Shown here: one piece after another, positions 9,429-22,466 of the stretch
How positions within the stretch are numbered: the stretch's first letter is position 1
Layout of the letters: every line of letters starts with the position of its first letter
DNA from: Macrostomum lignano
Lineage: Eukaryota
Reading direction: 5' to 3'
Assembly: GCA_002269645.1 (NCBI GenBank)
Contig: NIVC01002826.1
Location: 73,731-137,730 of the forward strand
Length of the DNA stretch: 64,000 nucleotides
Position numbers and translations under genes: made by a program
The notes under the pieces: generated by a model
Told to the model about the DNA's origin: nothing
Seen by the model: only the letters and a program-made list of their open reading frames with translations
Databases searched by the model: none

Positions 9429-12400
9429 ACGACAGTCACTAAAACAGTCATTATCTCACATTCAAGACTACCAATATACTTTTCGAAGCCTTTTACTTTT
9501 GGTTGCATTTGACTTGAGGTTAATCTAAAAGTCTGAATTGAATTAATTTCTTTGCTGGATGCGAGAAAAAGCGAAAGCACACAAGCAAAATTGAGCCTTC
9601 AAATAAATTGTCCCATAGAGCAACGAGTGTTTTGCAGAGAGTCTTGCCTGGGCCTGGGACTGCATGGGACACAATCATGATCGTCTTATGATCTTCAAAT
9701 GCGATCAAATACTAGAATGCCGCGGGGTCCAGAGCCGCGCTCTGAAGCTTATGGGGGGGGGCTCAGCTTTATAGACGGTTGAATTTTTTTCCTAGTTTTT
9801 CTGCTTTTAGCCAAAAATCCGAGAGCAAAGTCGGGGGACGTTCTTATTATAGAGTTTCAGACTATAAATATTGAGCAGAACTCATCAATTCTCTTAAGGC
9901 AGCAGTAGACGAGAGGAAGGTAGCAGTGCAGGCGGGAGGCGGTTCCTTCTCCCATGGCCAATGCACCGAAATCCCAACACCCTTTTTCTCCCTGAAATTC
10001 TGGAAGCAAGCTAGTTGTTAAAATATTCAAGCGCATATAGCGGGGGGCTGCAGAGCGGTATGAAAGAAAGAAAGTGAGAACGAAGCCATTGCTGTGACAC
10101 GAAATCCGCGACTCTCTAAAGTCCGGACTGCATGGGGGGCTGAGGCCGGGCTGCGCACGGGGAACGGGGGGGAGGGTATGTGGGACGGGGACACGCGAGG
10201 GCCGTTGCTAATGGTTACGCAGATCTTACCTACTAAGCTCCCCCCTATCCAAACACAATGGGGCCCAGAGCTGAGCTGTGTGAGGGCGGCAGCTGCAGTG
10301 TCTGCAACTGCTGGATTCTGTCCTCCCAATGGCCCAGCCAGCCATTGAAGTGAATATGGTAGACAAAAAAGCATCCGGGCATTTCTTCCAACTCGCCTAT
10401 TGTCAATGTCTGAATTATGGGAACAATGAGAATTTTTAATATTCTATTATTCGCTTGTATTTCTTTTCATAGTTCAAAGAAATAAACAATAATGAAAAAG
10501 CAGGCATACTATGATAATAAAAGGGCCGCCAGTGCGACCTTTGACTGATTTACTTAGGCAACAAGACCTGCTACCAGGTGGGCGTTCAAGCAACAGAATG
10601 CAATGCGGCATTCACAGTGAGCCAATTGACTAGGATTTTCGTTCAACAGCGTCGTTCATTCCTCTATCGGACATCATTACCTGACAGTATTAGAGTTGGA
10701 AAACTATTTAAAAATGATAGTATTTATGTCCAATATTGTCAGGTAAGACGTCGTCAATAATCAACAGAGGATCAAATAATTATTGTATCATTTGTATGGG
10801 AGGGATGAAAGGCTTGGTGCAAAACAAGTGAACTGATCTTTTATATTGACCTATATATACTAGAAAAAATTACCTTGTAAAGGGTATAGATCTATAAATA
10901 ATCAGTGAGTGAGCCGTTATGAGTCTCATACACTTACCTTGAGTATATATATACTTTACTTGATTGAGAATAAAAGCAGACAAATGCTGAGAGTGGAGCC
11001 AGCTCAGAGTCAGCCAGTCTGGGGAGAGGACAGGGGGGCTGACCGGACCTGCATTTTAAGGCCTTCTCTGTACCCAAGGGGTGGAGAGGTGGGGGGAGAG
11101 AAGGGGGCGGGAGCTGACAGGTAGACCCAGCTGGCCAACCAGAACGGCACACACACACACAGTTGGGTGCAGAGATGGGGTCCTGCTCCGGACAGCCCCA
11201 ACTTTGTGCTTGCGTTGGAAGAAAAAAAAGAAAAAAATCAGGCAAATAAAATACCAGCAGTCCTTGGACAACTTATAGTATAAAAATATGCAAAATCTGA
11301 AAGATCAAAAGATTTGAGCTAGACACCACTGTCGAAATTGACTCGCCAGGGAATATTGGAATCGCTTGTACCACCTCTTATATACATAGTTCGAACTTCG
11401 AATACTTTTCGCAGCCATAAATTAAATAGCCGAACCCATGGCAGAAGTAGAACAAAGAATAAAATACAACTGTAATATATCCTACAGAGACCTGCAAGTG
11501 CGTAAATACGTCCTGTAAAGCTGGCAGGGTTATTGTTGTTATGCTTGAACAAGTCAAGAACAAGAAGCAATCTGGGCCGAGCGATCCGAGCACTGATAAA
11601 GCGGCATTCCCAAAAAAACTGGGTTTGAAGACTTCAGCCCCAGCTGTCTTGTCCAAAGACAAAGTACTCGTTAAATTCCCAGCCGCAAAAATTCTTCCTA
11701 CAGGCAAAACCTTCCAATATACCTCTCCTCCTCTAAGCGGAGACACTCAAAACTGGGAGTGGAAATGGGATTTGCCAATTCCTGAGTTAAAGGGAACGGA
11801 GATGGAGACGAGAAGCTGAGCACTCCATCGTGCACGCAGGTGGAGGACAGTGGGACTATGGGGTTAGTCGATCGGTTTTGCCTAGTCTCATGAATCTCTC
11901 CCAACCTCTCCTCCACTCCGCTCCCTCCTTTCGGTTGTGCGCGCATCCCGCCAAGTGCATGCAGTACGCAGAGGGGCAGAGAGGAGCGGTGGCCCCCGCT
12001 GCTTGACTCCCCTACCCCCTTGACGTCCCTCAAGGCCCGCAACTCCAAAGCAAACCCAGCTCTGTCAGGCGGGAGCAGCACTGTAAAGAATGCTGCAAGC
12101 GATTAAACGATTCCGTGCAGACACCCCCCTGCAGCCTCAGCTCCTCGTTACTATTTATGCCTTTAGTTGACGAGTACGCGGATCGTTTTATGGATCGTAC
12201 GGGACATTTGCAAGGTGGGGCTCACCGGTCAATACCTTAATAACGAGATATGAATGCAGGTTGTGGGCGTTGTCGGTCTGTATGAGTAAATATAGTCTTA
12301 CAGGCCAAAGCATGATCCCACAGATCGATCAGTCAACTCAACCATTGCCCCTTTATGCTTTTTAACTGTTCTCTAACCGTAGTCGACAGCAAGCCATCTG

Positions 12401-13235
12401 TAGCGATGATGCGTTGGCTTCTACTATACTGGCTTGCAGAATGCAAGATGCAAAAAACCGACTCAAGCATCTCCATTCTCAACCTTGAACTGAACTAAGA
12501 CAGGCACATGGCAGAGACAATGGAGCATGTCTGGAGCAAGAAGTAGCTGAGAGCTACACAGTATAAAAATAAGTTAGCTAAAGCGAGAGGGAAAGAGCCG
12601 GCCTAGTCGAGAGAAACGGCAGCTGCAGTTGGTTTATCCCCCGCAGTTTCAGCTGAGAGATTGGTGACAAAATATAGAATGTAGGGAAGTGAAGAGCGAG
12701 CGTGCTTAGGGGAGCGGTGTGCCTGTGCTGCAGCTGCCATTGTTTGGCTGCTTAGTACCCGGCTCAAACGCACAATAGGCCGGTTGTCAAGGCAAACAAT
12801 AGCGGCAGCAGAAGCTGTCTGGAGGACTCAACTAACTGCATGCTTTGAGCTTCTACTCAAGTAACTAAAAGCGGGGATGCTTGGCTCATGAGCTGGGGTA
12901 TTGCGACTGAAGGCACTGTTTTCCTACCCAACCCTTCATCTCCATGCATTTCCCGCACAATGCATTCATCAGCGATGGTTATAGCTGCAATGCCTGGCTT
13001 TACTAAAATTTCCTACTCTACTGAGCACTCTCATCATTCTATGCTAGCAAACAAGCAGATACTTGACACATCCATTTAGCTGTATTCTATAGCATAGCGC
13101 AGGACAGATAGATGGAAATAATGCAAGAAGATGTTTTAAATGGTAAAAACGAAACTAAAGGGAAGCAAATTTAGCGCAGGGCAAGTGCAGTAGGACGCCA
13201 CACTCGGTTTATTTAGAATCGCTACTCCAGCCATT

Positions 13236-13530
13236 AGCAACTATTAGCAACAGCAGCAGCTGGTGTCTGTGGCCATAACCCCGGGGTTCAGACCATAGAC
13301 TGTAGCTTCTGCTGCTCTCAAGAATTAGCAACAGCAGCAGCTGGTGTCTGTGGCCATAACCCCGGGGTTCAGACCATAGACTGTAGCTTCTGCTGCTCTC
13401 AAGCGTTAGCAACAGCAGCAGCTGGTGTCTGTGGCCCTAATCCCGGAGTTCGGACCATAGACTGTATAGCTTCTGCTTCTCTCAAGCATTAGCAGCAGCA
13501 GCTTGGTGTCTGTGGCCCAAACCCCGGGGT
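13236..13530. repeat. 81-bp tandem repeat, about 3.6 copies
   Basis: ttagcaacagcagcagctggtgtctgtggccataaccccggggttcagaccatagactgtagcttctgctgctctcaag recurs at 13325, 13406 and, diverged, near 13488. Confidence 0.9.
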
Positions 13531-14527
13531 TTTCGGGGCTTCGGAGACGGCAGCTAAATACATTAGCGAATTGCTGGAGTGAAACTTCTGGGTAATACAT
13601 GTATTAGCATCGGTGCTCAAGAGCCTATAACAGTAAATTCTAGTTAGCTCATTTCTAAGAAAATAAGAGTCGACCGGTACATGCAGCTTTTTTTAATAAA
13701 GATATTGGGTGTACACTGCGTTCCTGAAACCCTTTGACAACTCATTATTTTACCTGAGCACGAGTTATATAATTTGTCTCCGGCAGATTGTCCCACCTGA
13801 CTACCTTCTAGCCTAGTCATGAAGCCAACGTAAAATCGATGTCGCAAACCAACACAGTTATTTTGGTATGTTTTCGACTTTGTATTCGAATCGACATAAA
13901 CATTCGAATTCAGCCATATTTATATAACAGGGCATAAGAATAATACTGATCTGGTTCGCTGAGCTGGTCATAAGCATGAAAGCTCTGGCTAAATCAAGGA
14001 GAACATACACTAAGACCCTGAGTTCGCCTGTTCAGGATAATTTATAACTTTTGTTTTAACATCTGAGGGTGCATAACACAGATTTTATCACTGCCACAGC
14101 AAAGACATTAGCGCTACAGCAGTCAATAATTGATTATTACTCAAAGCATCGAGCAAAATGCATTGCACAAAACTTCGCTGCAGGATTATATTAACCTACA
14201 TGGTCACTTTTACATAGAAGGTTTGACATTTTAGCAATAAACAACACAGCCTTTAGAAAATTCGCCAGCTTTTCATGTGTTCAATCATCAATCAGTTAAA
14301 AATTCACGCCGATATGTTTTTGTTTAAATTTGATGCAATTTTACGAAACAGTTCCGTCTGTTCCGAGCATGGAAGACAAAATAAAACAAAAAGGGATAAA
14401 AATATCAAAGCCTAAAATCAAAATGCACAATTAAGGATACTATAAAGAAAATTCGGATTAGCCTACTCTAAGTAGCACGAAGCACTTTTTTGCTTTTCAA
14501 TTATATTAGAGAACTGGAAATTCAGAT

Positions 14528-14877
14528 TCAGTTGGAAGCCGAACTGTACAACAGACAGGCGGCCACTGCAATGTGCAAGCAGGCCAGGTACACAGCAATG
14601 GCAAGGCTGGGCCAGGCTGACCAGAACCGGCAGGCCAGGACTCGGCGGCGTCTGAACTGCGGCCGCGGCAGCTGCCGCACTCGCGAGGCCTGCGCTGGGG
14701 CTGGTGGCGGCTCTGCAACAAATAAATCAGCTTCATCTGCTTCGCTGGCGTCAGAGACGCCTTCAGATGCAGCAGCGTGTCGCAGCTTCACCAGCTGGTC
14801 GATGGCAAGTCTCAGACGGAGACGGAGCCCCGCCAGCTCCAGTGGCTGGTTGTCTACACACAAAGTCTGCGTGGCAA
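14528..14877 (-). CDS. Putative terminal exon of an unknown tail-anchored membrane protein
   Basis: GC-rich island next to AT-rich DNA; acceptor ctcag at 14880-14878; reads ATQTLCVDNQPLELAGLRLRLRLAIDQLVKLRH...RRRRVLACRFWSAWPSLAIAVYLACLHIAVAACLLYSSASN* (basic cluster then hydrophobic C-terminus). Upstream exons uncertain. Confidence 0.4.
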
Positions 14878-16564
14878 CTGAGGTCAGGAGTGTTACACAA
14901 TGGTACAATAACAGATTTCAACATGCAATTGTTGAGTATTGTGAGACATTCCAACTTTATTTCTTTCATTTTTCAAATTGGCGATTAATATTAAAAAGAA
15001 TGCTTAGAACTATCTTATATCTAAAGCTGAGTGGATCGATTGATCAACTGGTAGACCAGGTTTAACGCATATATTAATACTATAATCACAAATTATTTTA
15101 ACATTAAGTTTTAAAGAGGCTTAATAATTATATGTTAAACACTAGCTCTATCATTTAGTTTTAAAAATCTACAAAAAGTATATCCTTTGTATAAAAATTT
15201 CCAAGCAGTTTTCTAACTAAATGTATATATTTATTAGCATATAGGACAGGCAAGTACTTCCCCTGTCTAAATTATTCTTTTCAAATAAAAGTTACTATAC
15301 TGTGGTTTATAAATTTTGTATTTATTACAATATTAATAATATTAATATTTACTAATAAGCAATTTTTATTATTAATTTAATTATTAATTAAAGCATTATG
15401 CTATGAAAAAAATTGTTCTTTATATTTAATAAAGCATTAATGTTAAATAAAATTATGTAAATTTGAAGTAATTTAAAGTACTAAGATACTGCCATAAAAT
15501 TCTTTTTGCCAGGTAAAAATTATAAGTATAAATGCATTGATTCAATTCTTAGTAAATTTTGAAACGAAAATTATCTCATGTCAAAGTTTACCTGTATATT
15601 GTATATTGTATATGTGTATATGTATATTGCTAGTTTGTTAAATTCGGCATAGACAATTTAGTTCAATGCAATGTGTATAATTTTCTATTAAGGCAACAAA
15701 ATTTATAATATATTAGCAAATATAATCAAAATTAAATTAATAGATTAATTTGGCTCTTAGTCTTAGTTAATATTCATTTTACATATGATAAAAAATCATG
15801 CCATCAGTGATAAAACCACTTATATCCAGTTTTATATTTATTTGAGCACATAGTTAGGCTATAATCAATATTAACTGTTATTTAGACTGGAAACATAAAT
15901 AAAACTTAAATGAAGAGGGAGAGGAATAAATTTTCCAAAAAATTAATTGAAAACGTGCCCGTGTGAAATTTAAAGTTTGCCGAACAAACTTATAAGAGCG
16001 TAGTGAATATTTCTAATCTAGTAGGCTTCTGACCTAAGAAGTGTCCTTAGTTAGTTGATCAGGCTACATAGCCTAGCTGGAGCATATAAAAGTAAAAAAA
16101 AGCAATTCAATGTTTTTCAGTTGTATTGGTGGCTGGTTGTATACGCTACTTGTACTTTAAGTGTACACGCTACTTGAGTCTTGAAACAATTAGGTAGACT
16201 AATAAACTATATCACTTATTGAAATCGCGGAAAATCTGCAAGTTAAAAATTCGCTGATGCAATCAATATAACTAAAATTCGATTCTTACCATGGTCGGCG
16301 GACACTGGAAGTGGAAACACATTATTAGATTGGATAAATGGTCAATATATAAAAACTGGTACTGTAAATCACCAAGATTCATTAAAGATTGAAAATGAAA
16401 GTAGAGACCTTTGAATAGTTAGGTCCGTGTCGGATCCAGCGGCCGTCCGGAGCTAGGGGATCAGGGACAACTGACAAGGACCACTATATAATACAGTGGT
16501 GCTTGATCAGGGACCCACCACTTTACCATCTGAAGCGCTGTGTTACGCACTCTTGCAATGTATG

Positions 16565-16635
16565 ACATACCATACCATACCATAATATACCATACCATGG
16601 TCCATACCATACCATACAATAGCATACCATAATAG
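16565..16635. repeat. Imperfect (TACCA)n microsatellite
   Basis: ataccataccataccataatataccataccatgg... Confidence 0.8.
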
Positions 16636-16814
16636 TATGACAATCAATTACATATACTTATATACTGTGCTGGTGGCCCTTGGTGCCAAGTACACCGTCC
16701 TCCAGGCTTTTCCGAGTCACCCGTTCTGCGTCTTAAGCTAGATTATTGTGCCCCGTTTACATGTACATGCATCGTTTACAGATCACACGTGTATAACTGT
16801 GTTATATGCATGTA

Positions 16815-19800
16815 CGAGGGGGTCCCAAAGGTTCCCGGAATGTCTAACGTAGCTCTTCAACGGAGCCATGAAATTTCACGCAATTGTGTCAAATGAAAGT
16901 GATGGGTTTCGACCTTCGGGCTCCTTGTTAGGGAAGCCTTCGGGCCTCAGGCTCAGAAATAAATCAATTAGAGACCTGGCCCCCCACTCCTGTCAGATGG
17001 TCAGCCCCATGGTAGCTTGATCGTGTGGCGAGCAGTCTAGGTCCTATTGCTAAGAGAGGGACAGCGAGAGACGAGCAGGGAGAATTTTGAAAGTAGAAAT
17101 TAGCTAATCCGCAGATCAACTAACTTGCTGCCACCAGCCCGTGCGCCCTGGCTCACCACACCGGGACTCTCGAAATCGGGCTTCCGACTAGAAGGGGCTT
17201 TGCACTTACCTGCCAACTAGTGTCTTTTTGCTGTCAATCTCGAAGTCATAGCCGATGATAAGGGACACTGCTGGACTAGATCGCGTTGGCCATGCAGGTA
17301 CAGAGGGGACTTGTGCAGGAGATTCTTGCGGTGGCGAGTCTATGGGGTAGCTACATGTACTATTACATTGCTAAATACGAAGATATGTACTTTTAGCCTT
17401 CAACGCGCCAACTAGCCTCTCATAGCGCTGATGATAGGCTAACTCGAACTTCAGAGACCGCATGATTCATTTACCCGAGCCGCTTGGCTACCCTAGAGTG
17501 CACAAAGTACATCTCTGGCGCCGATTCTGCACTTTTGGCAGTTTTGCTCACTGATTTGTTAGATTGGTCGACTGAGAACTGCCTTGCCATTGGTCCACTG
17601 TGACCGGCGCCTACTAGCTTAGCTACTCATCTGAGCCATCGGCGAACAAAGAAATAAAGCCGACAAAGATAACTGTTAGATTTAACCTTCTCCTTAGTTC
17701 ACTTCACACTTTAGATTGAATTGGAGTCTTAGACTACTAGCAGTATTATTGAATGATTCCTGCCTCAGCAACAGCACTACTGAACAAAATGAGCAAAAGT
17801 GTGCGCCTAATTCAGCTACTGCACCAGGGGACAGAAAAGGGATCACCCAATCAAGCAAGTCTAGGTAGCCTCTCACCCAACCAATCAGAAACTCAACAGC
17901 CGGAGACCAGGTATTCCACAGTGACCGAATCGGCTCGATGCTCTGCAGCTGTAGACTCGGGATGATGCTGTCACAATCTTCGCTGTTAGCTAGCAGGTGA
18001 TGCTCTTAACTGGATGTTCGCTGCTGTCGACCGGGGGACTCGTCCTTGATGATGATGGGGGAAGTTGCAATCCGGGGATCAAGAAACGACGGTCGTGCTC
18101 CGGGAACCAGAAGTTGCGCGCTGGGCCCGAGCCAAAGTAAGAAGAAGTTGCGTCCGAGCGGGCCAAAAACTCCGGTTTAAATAGCCGCCAACTGGACCGC
18201 AGTTTGTTATAACGGAACACGTCGATTCTGATTGGCTGAGCCGTTTTGTTAAAATGAGCGCCGAATTTTCTGATTGGCTAAGCTCGTTGCTACCCAGAAT
18301 CACGTGACCGAGAGATCCTATCAGTTCCCACAGGGTCGTAAAAAGATGACAGGTGCGGCCATAAAACACTCAAAATCGCAACAAAATGATTTATGACTTT
18401 TCGCGTAGGATTGACAGAAATTAATGAAAAAATATACATTAGAAAGCTCTTATTAAATAGAAAGTGAAGATAATGAAGAGAAATCGCTAATCGCTAATCC
18501 CAAGGTACTTTTTAGGGGTAAAACGCATAGCTGTCAAAGCTGTCACACGCTTGAGTGAATCCGAACAATAGGCTCTGACCTCATAAATCTTGATGGCCTG
18601 TCAAAATGATGAGAAAAAAGCTACCGCCCGCATCCTCTCAGACCATCTGGCGCCCGCTTCAACACTGAGTGAGGCGCAGGTGGCTGTCAGATCAGCTTCG
18701 AAAGCGATGATTTATGACCCAAAAAGCTGCGCCTATGTTATTATGACTACTAGTATGGCCAGACATTATATCTAGTATAGATTCTATGAAAATTCGCAGA
18801 AAAAGGATAAAAATGCCCACTGCTCACTGTTAGTAGGCAAGTAAGTTTAGAGCCCATGTGCTAGCGCGGGATTTGGGAAAAAGTGCGTCCTCATCAAAAG
18901 GAAATTTTGTCACAAAAAAACAAAGTTAAAATCATGTTGATGTCTTTTTTTATTCCAGAGCTGCAGCAAGAGACGCGTGCGCGAAGGTCAGGGGTAGTGA
19001 TACACAATCTCAAAAATCTGTGGCAATGATTTTAAACAATAAAACACAGAACAGTTCATACCGCTGATGAATCATTGGGGCATGCACCAATTCAAAATTC
19101 AAAGCGAATCGTCAAGCTCAACCTGCGGCTTCTCCACGTAGTCACCATTCAGCTGGAAACACCTCTGCTGCCACCTTGAAAGCATGCCGTCGATGGCCTG
19201 AGTAAAAACAGTTTCGATCCGTTGATCGGATGTCTCGCCACCGTGCAAGGATCGACGACCAGAGCGGGGCTGATCATTCACAGCAGACTGGCCATCTCTA
19301 AAGCATTTGATCCATCCGTAAATAGCAGTTTTTTCAGGCTGTTCTCACTGTGGATGGAGAATAAATGCAGTCAGAAATATTTGGCTCCACTCCATCCTAC
19401 TGACCAAAGGGCAAAAATTTGACTTCGGTGACTTTCAAGGCTCTGTTCAAAGAGAACTCATTTTCGCAAAGAAATTTCAAGTTGAAAGCAAGCGCTTGGT
19501 ACGAATTATCTGCACTCGCTCAAAAGCTCACAGATTAGCTTTATGAGCATTTCTGCTTTTTTCCATAGACACTACCACGTCTTTCTGACACGTCAGCTTA
19601 GCACGAATTCAAAATGAAAATATCCAAAAATGGAGATGAAAATTTATTTTCATTGATATGTGATCAGATTGTGTATCACTACCCCTGACCTTCGCGCATG
19701 TTTCTTGCTGCAGCTCCTGAATAAAAAAAGATATCAGCATGATTTTAACTTTGTTTTCTTTTTTGTGACAAAATTTCTTTCATTTGACACCATGGGCGTG

Positions 19801-19845
19801 AAATTTAGACGTTAGACATTCCGGGAACTTTTGGGACACCCCTCG
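16815..19845 (-). mobile_element. Internally deleted Tc1/mariner element with long (about 180-190 bp) TIRs
   Basis: TA-cgagggggtcccaaaggttcccggaatgtctaacgt at 16813 mirrored by acgttagacattccgggaacttttgggacacccctcg-ca at 19845; TIR match continues 18901-19010 vs 19665-19785; transposase remnant at 19281-19099 fuses DQPRSGRRS (N-terminal PRSGRP motif) to WQQRCFQLNGDYVEK (mariner C-terminus). Confidence 0.85.
16900..18896. mobile_element. 1997-bp TG...CA insertion with 4-bp TSD (solo LTR-like)
   Basis: AAAG-TGATG...CATCA-AAAG; removing it and one TSD copy restores the left mariner TIR (atgaaaggaaatttt vs atgaaaagaaatttt in the right TIR). Confidence 0.75.
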
Positions 19846-20089
19846 CACAATGGTCCTTGGAATCACCCCCCCCCCTGCATGCATGTATGCGTATTTTGAG
19901 TACTGTAATCCTTCAAAACATTACACAATGTCTAGTCCACAGAATTTTACTTTAACTCGTGTATGGTCTAGACTGCAGGGACTTCGGGGATACAATCAGA
20001 ATCAGAATAAAATTGTACAGCATCTTACATGCATACTATACAATGCCCGTTTGCATAATAAACAACTTAGAAATACGTCAGTATGTGTA

Positions 20090-20310
20090 GCTGCGCGGCG
20101 CATCTGAAGGCTGCGTACGGCTGTTCAGTCCAAGGACTGGGGGGTCGCCACACACCCTCAATTACCCCAGCTAATGCTGGCTCCCATTTTACAGCTGAGT
20201 GAACTGAAGCAATGCAGAGTTAAGTATCAAGGACACAAACTGTTCCTAGTGGGCGAGAATCGAACCCCCGACCTTCGTCGTGAGTCCGACGCTCTAACCA
20301 CTACACCCCC
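20090..20310 (-). mobile_element. tRNA-derived SINE, 3'-truncated copy
   Basis: Reverse complement closely matches 50124-50365; B box GGTTCGATTC; central cagctgtaaaatggg block. Confidence 0.9.
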
Positions 20311-22102
20311 TACAGTATGTGCATGATACATGGTATAGCTGTTTATTATAACAAACAAGCCATTTCGTTTTAAATAATTATCTTGTTTTTTAAAACAGGT
20401 AAAAATGAAAAAAGACAGAAGGCATCGCAGAGCATATCTGCGAACACATTTGCATAACGTGTTAAAGAGGAAAGGTGTCTGTGTAAAAGCTGGCACTAAG
20501 ACAACACTTAGAGAGATAAATATAGTCGAACATAAAGCTTTATATTTGACAGGCTATCTATTATATCTACAAAAGAAAGGGGAGCCGGATTTAAAATTTG
20601 TGCTAGGAATGATGCAACAGAAGCGCAAATAAAAATATTTATAATTAGAACGACTTAATTTTTTCCAAACATTGATAGCTCGACCCACGAGTCCACGACA
20701 GCAAGTCTAGACTACAGAAATCGTACTAGAATAACTAGATAGGCCACTCAGGCACATATACTTAGTAAATCAGCCTTCTACTTTCAGTTCAGTAGCAAAG
20801 AAGAATACATAAGCTATTTTATAAGAATAAAGGCAGCTGAAATGACTTTGATAAGTTTACAAGCCAAAGCTTGCAGGCGTAAACAACTTGCTAATTGGTT
20901 CAGCAGTAATGTACATTGGCCAGTCCACTGAAATGTACATGGCAGCTTTAGGCTGGAACAACCGAGGAAGGCAATAAAATTTGGGTGGCAGGGCAGGGAT
21001 TGAAGTTCTGTGTGGAGTTTGAGGGGGGTAAGAGCCAATAAATAAGCCTTGGCTTTAAAAATACATTAAAATGCTTCTGTTCAACTTACTACTGAACTGA
21101 AAGTAGCTTACACGCAAATGTGCCTGAGTGGCCCATCTAGTTATTCCAGTATCTGTGGCCCAGACCAAACAAACAATGTGTAAGTAATTTAACTTGAATC
21201 GAGGAAAATTTAGAGCAAATCGTTTAGCGTTAACACATTTTTTAATAAACACGCGAATGGGAAAAATTCAGAGAACAGAAATTTGCTATCGCTGTTGTGC
21301 AATAGAATAGGCCAAAAGCATGGCCAATAATAATAATAGTAGATCATCTTGGGCTTAATAGATCTTCATAGAAGCATTGGGGTGCGGCAGCGATAGGAAA
21401 GGGCATTGATAAATAAATAAACAAATAGTAAACATGGATATTATGCATCAGTTAGAAGCGCATGCGATTGTGCTCAGTCTAAATGGTAGTCATTCATCTT
21501 TGCAACACAAAATCCAGGGGCTTAGAGAAATTTAATAAGCTTAGATCAGTTTATTGAACCGATAATATTGCAGCTTCCCATATTTAGATCTGATTGATGA
21601 CAAGACCGAATGTTGCTGAATAGCCTACTAATAATAAGTAGTAATAAAGAATATAAAATGTAAAATGTTGGATTTTTATTGCACATTCAAAATTACTGCT
21701 GACTGGTAGTTCGATGCAAGGTGCGAACGCAAGAGTGAAAACTGAACTTTGCTTCGATTATAAAAAGCAACATTTGTATACGACTAGTATGCTCAAGTAG
21801 CAGCCCAATAAAACTAAGCATATTATCGATTACCTAGCTATGAAAATAAACTATAATTGATAAAACAGATTGCGAGAGAAATAAAAAAGGTTAACACTGA
21901 GAGACAGACGCTTGGATTAGCATTGCGACAATAATGTAAACAACAGCTAATTTATAATATCTACGAATAATAATATGATATAAAGAGGAACTTTAATTAT
22001 CCCAATTAGCGCACTATCACAGTCACGACAACTTCTATTCTCAATGATTGCTAATCCGAAGCTAACACAACTAGCTAGCCACAAAATTGAATTCGTACTA
22101 AC

Positions 22103-22335
22103 GCACGGAATCGAACCCAGGACACTTCATCACCAGACTCAAAACACCTGACTTTCTCAGCCTCAGCCACTGCCTTGGGGGGAGTAGCCGCGCACGGAAT
22201 CGAACCCAGGACACTTCATCACCAGACTCAAAACACCTGACTTTCTCAGCCTCAGCCACTGCCTTGGGGGGAGTAGCCGCGCACGGAATCGAACCCAGGA
22301 CACTTCATCACCAGACTCAAAACACCTAGCCTCAG
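22103..22335 (-). repeat. 89-bp tandem repeat with a Pol III B box in each unit, about 2.6 copies
   Basis: gcacggaatcgaacccagg at 22103, 22192 and 22281; minus strand reads ...CCTGGGTTCGATTCCGTGC. Confidence 0.85.
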
Positions 22336-22466
22336 TAGAATAGAATTTAAAAGCATACTTGGCGCCAATTTGAATTCTCCTGTCAAACAGCGCACAAAGC
22401 AAGACCAATCAGTAGTATTGTCATAGCAGGTTCGCGCGGACAACCTTCCCCCAGAGCCCGACAATA

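Noticed and set aside
8787-9580. Six ORFs of 180-240 aa
   Set aside because: All derive from the stop-free 17-bp array.
10981-11220. GC-rich, CpG-poor stretch with (CA)n that looks like a vertebrate 3' UTR
   Set aside because: Only 240 bp (5 CpG vs about 17 GpC by hand count); too short to claim foreign origin without a database search.
11319-12081. Overlapping 83-127 aa ORFs on both strands
   Set aside because: No motif, splice structure or family that I can support.
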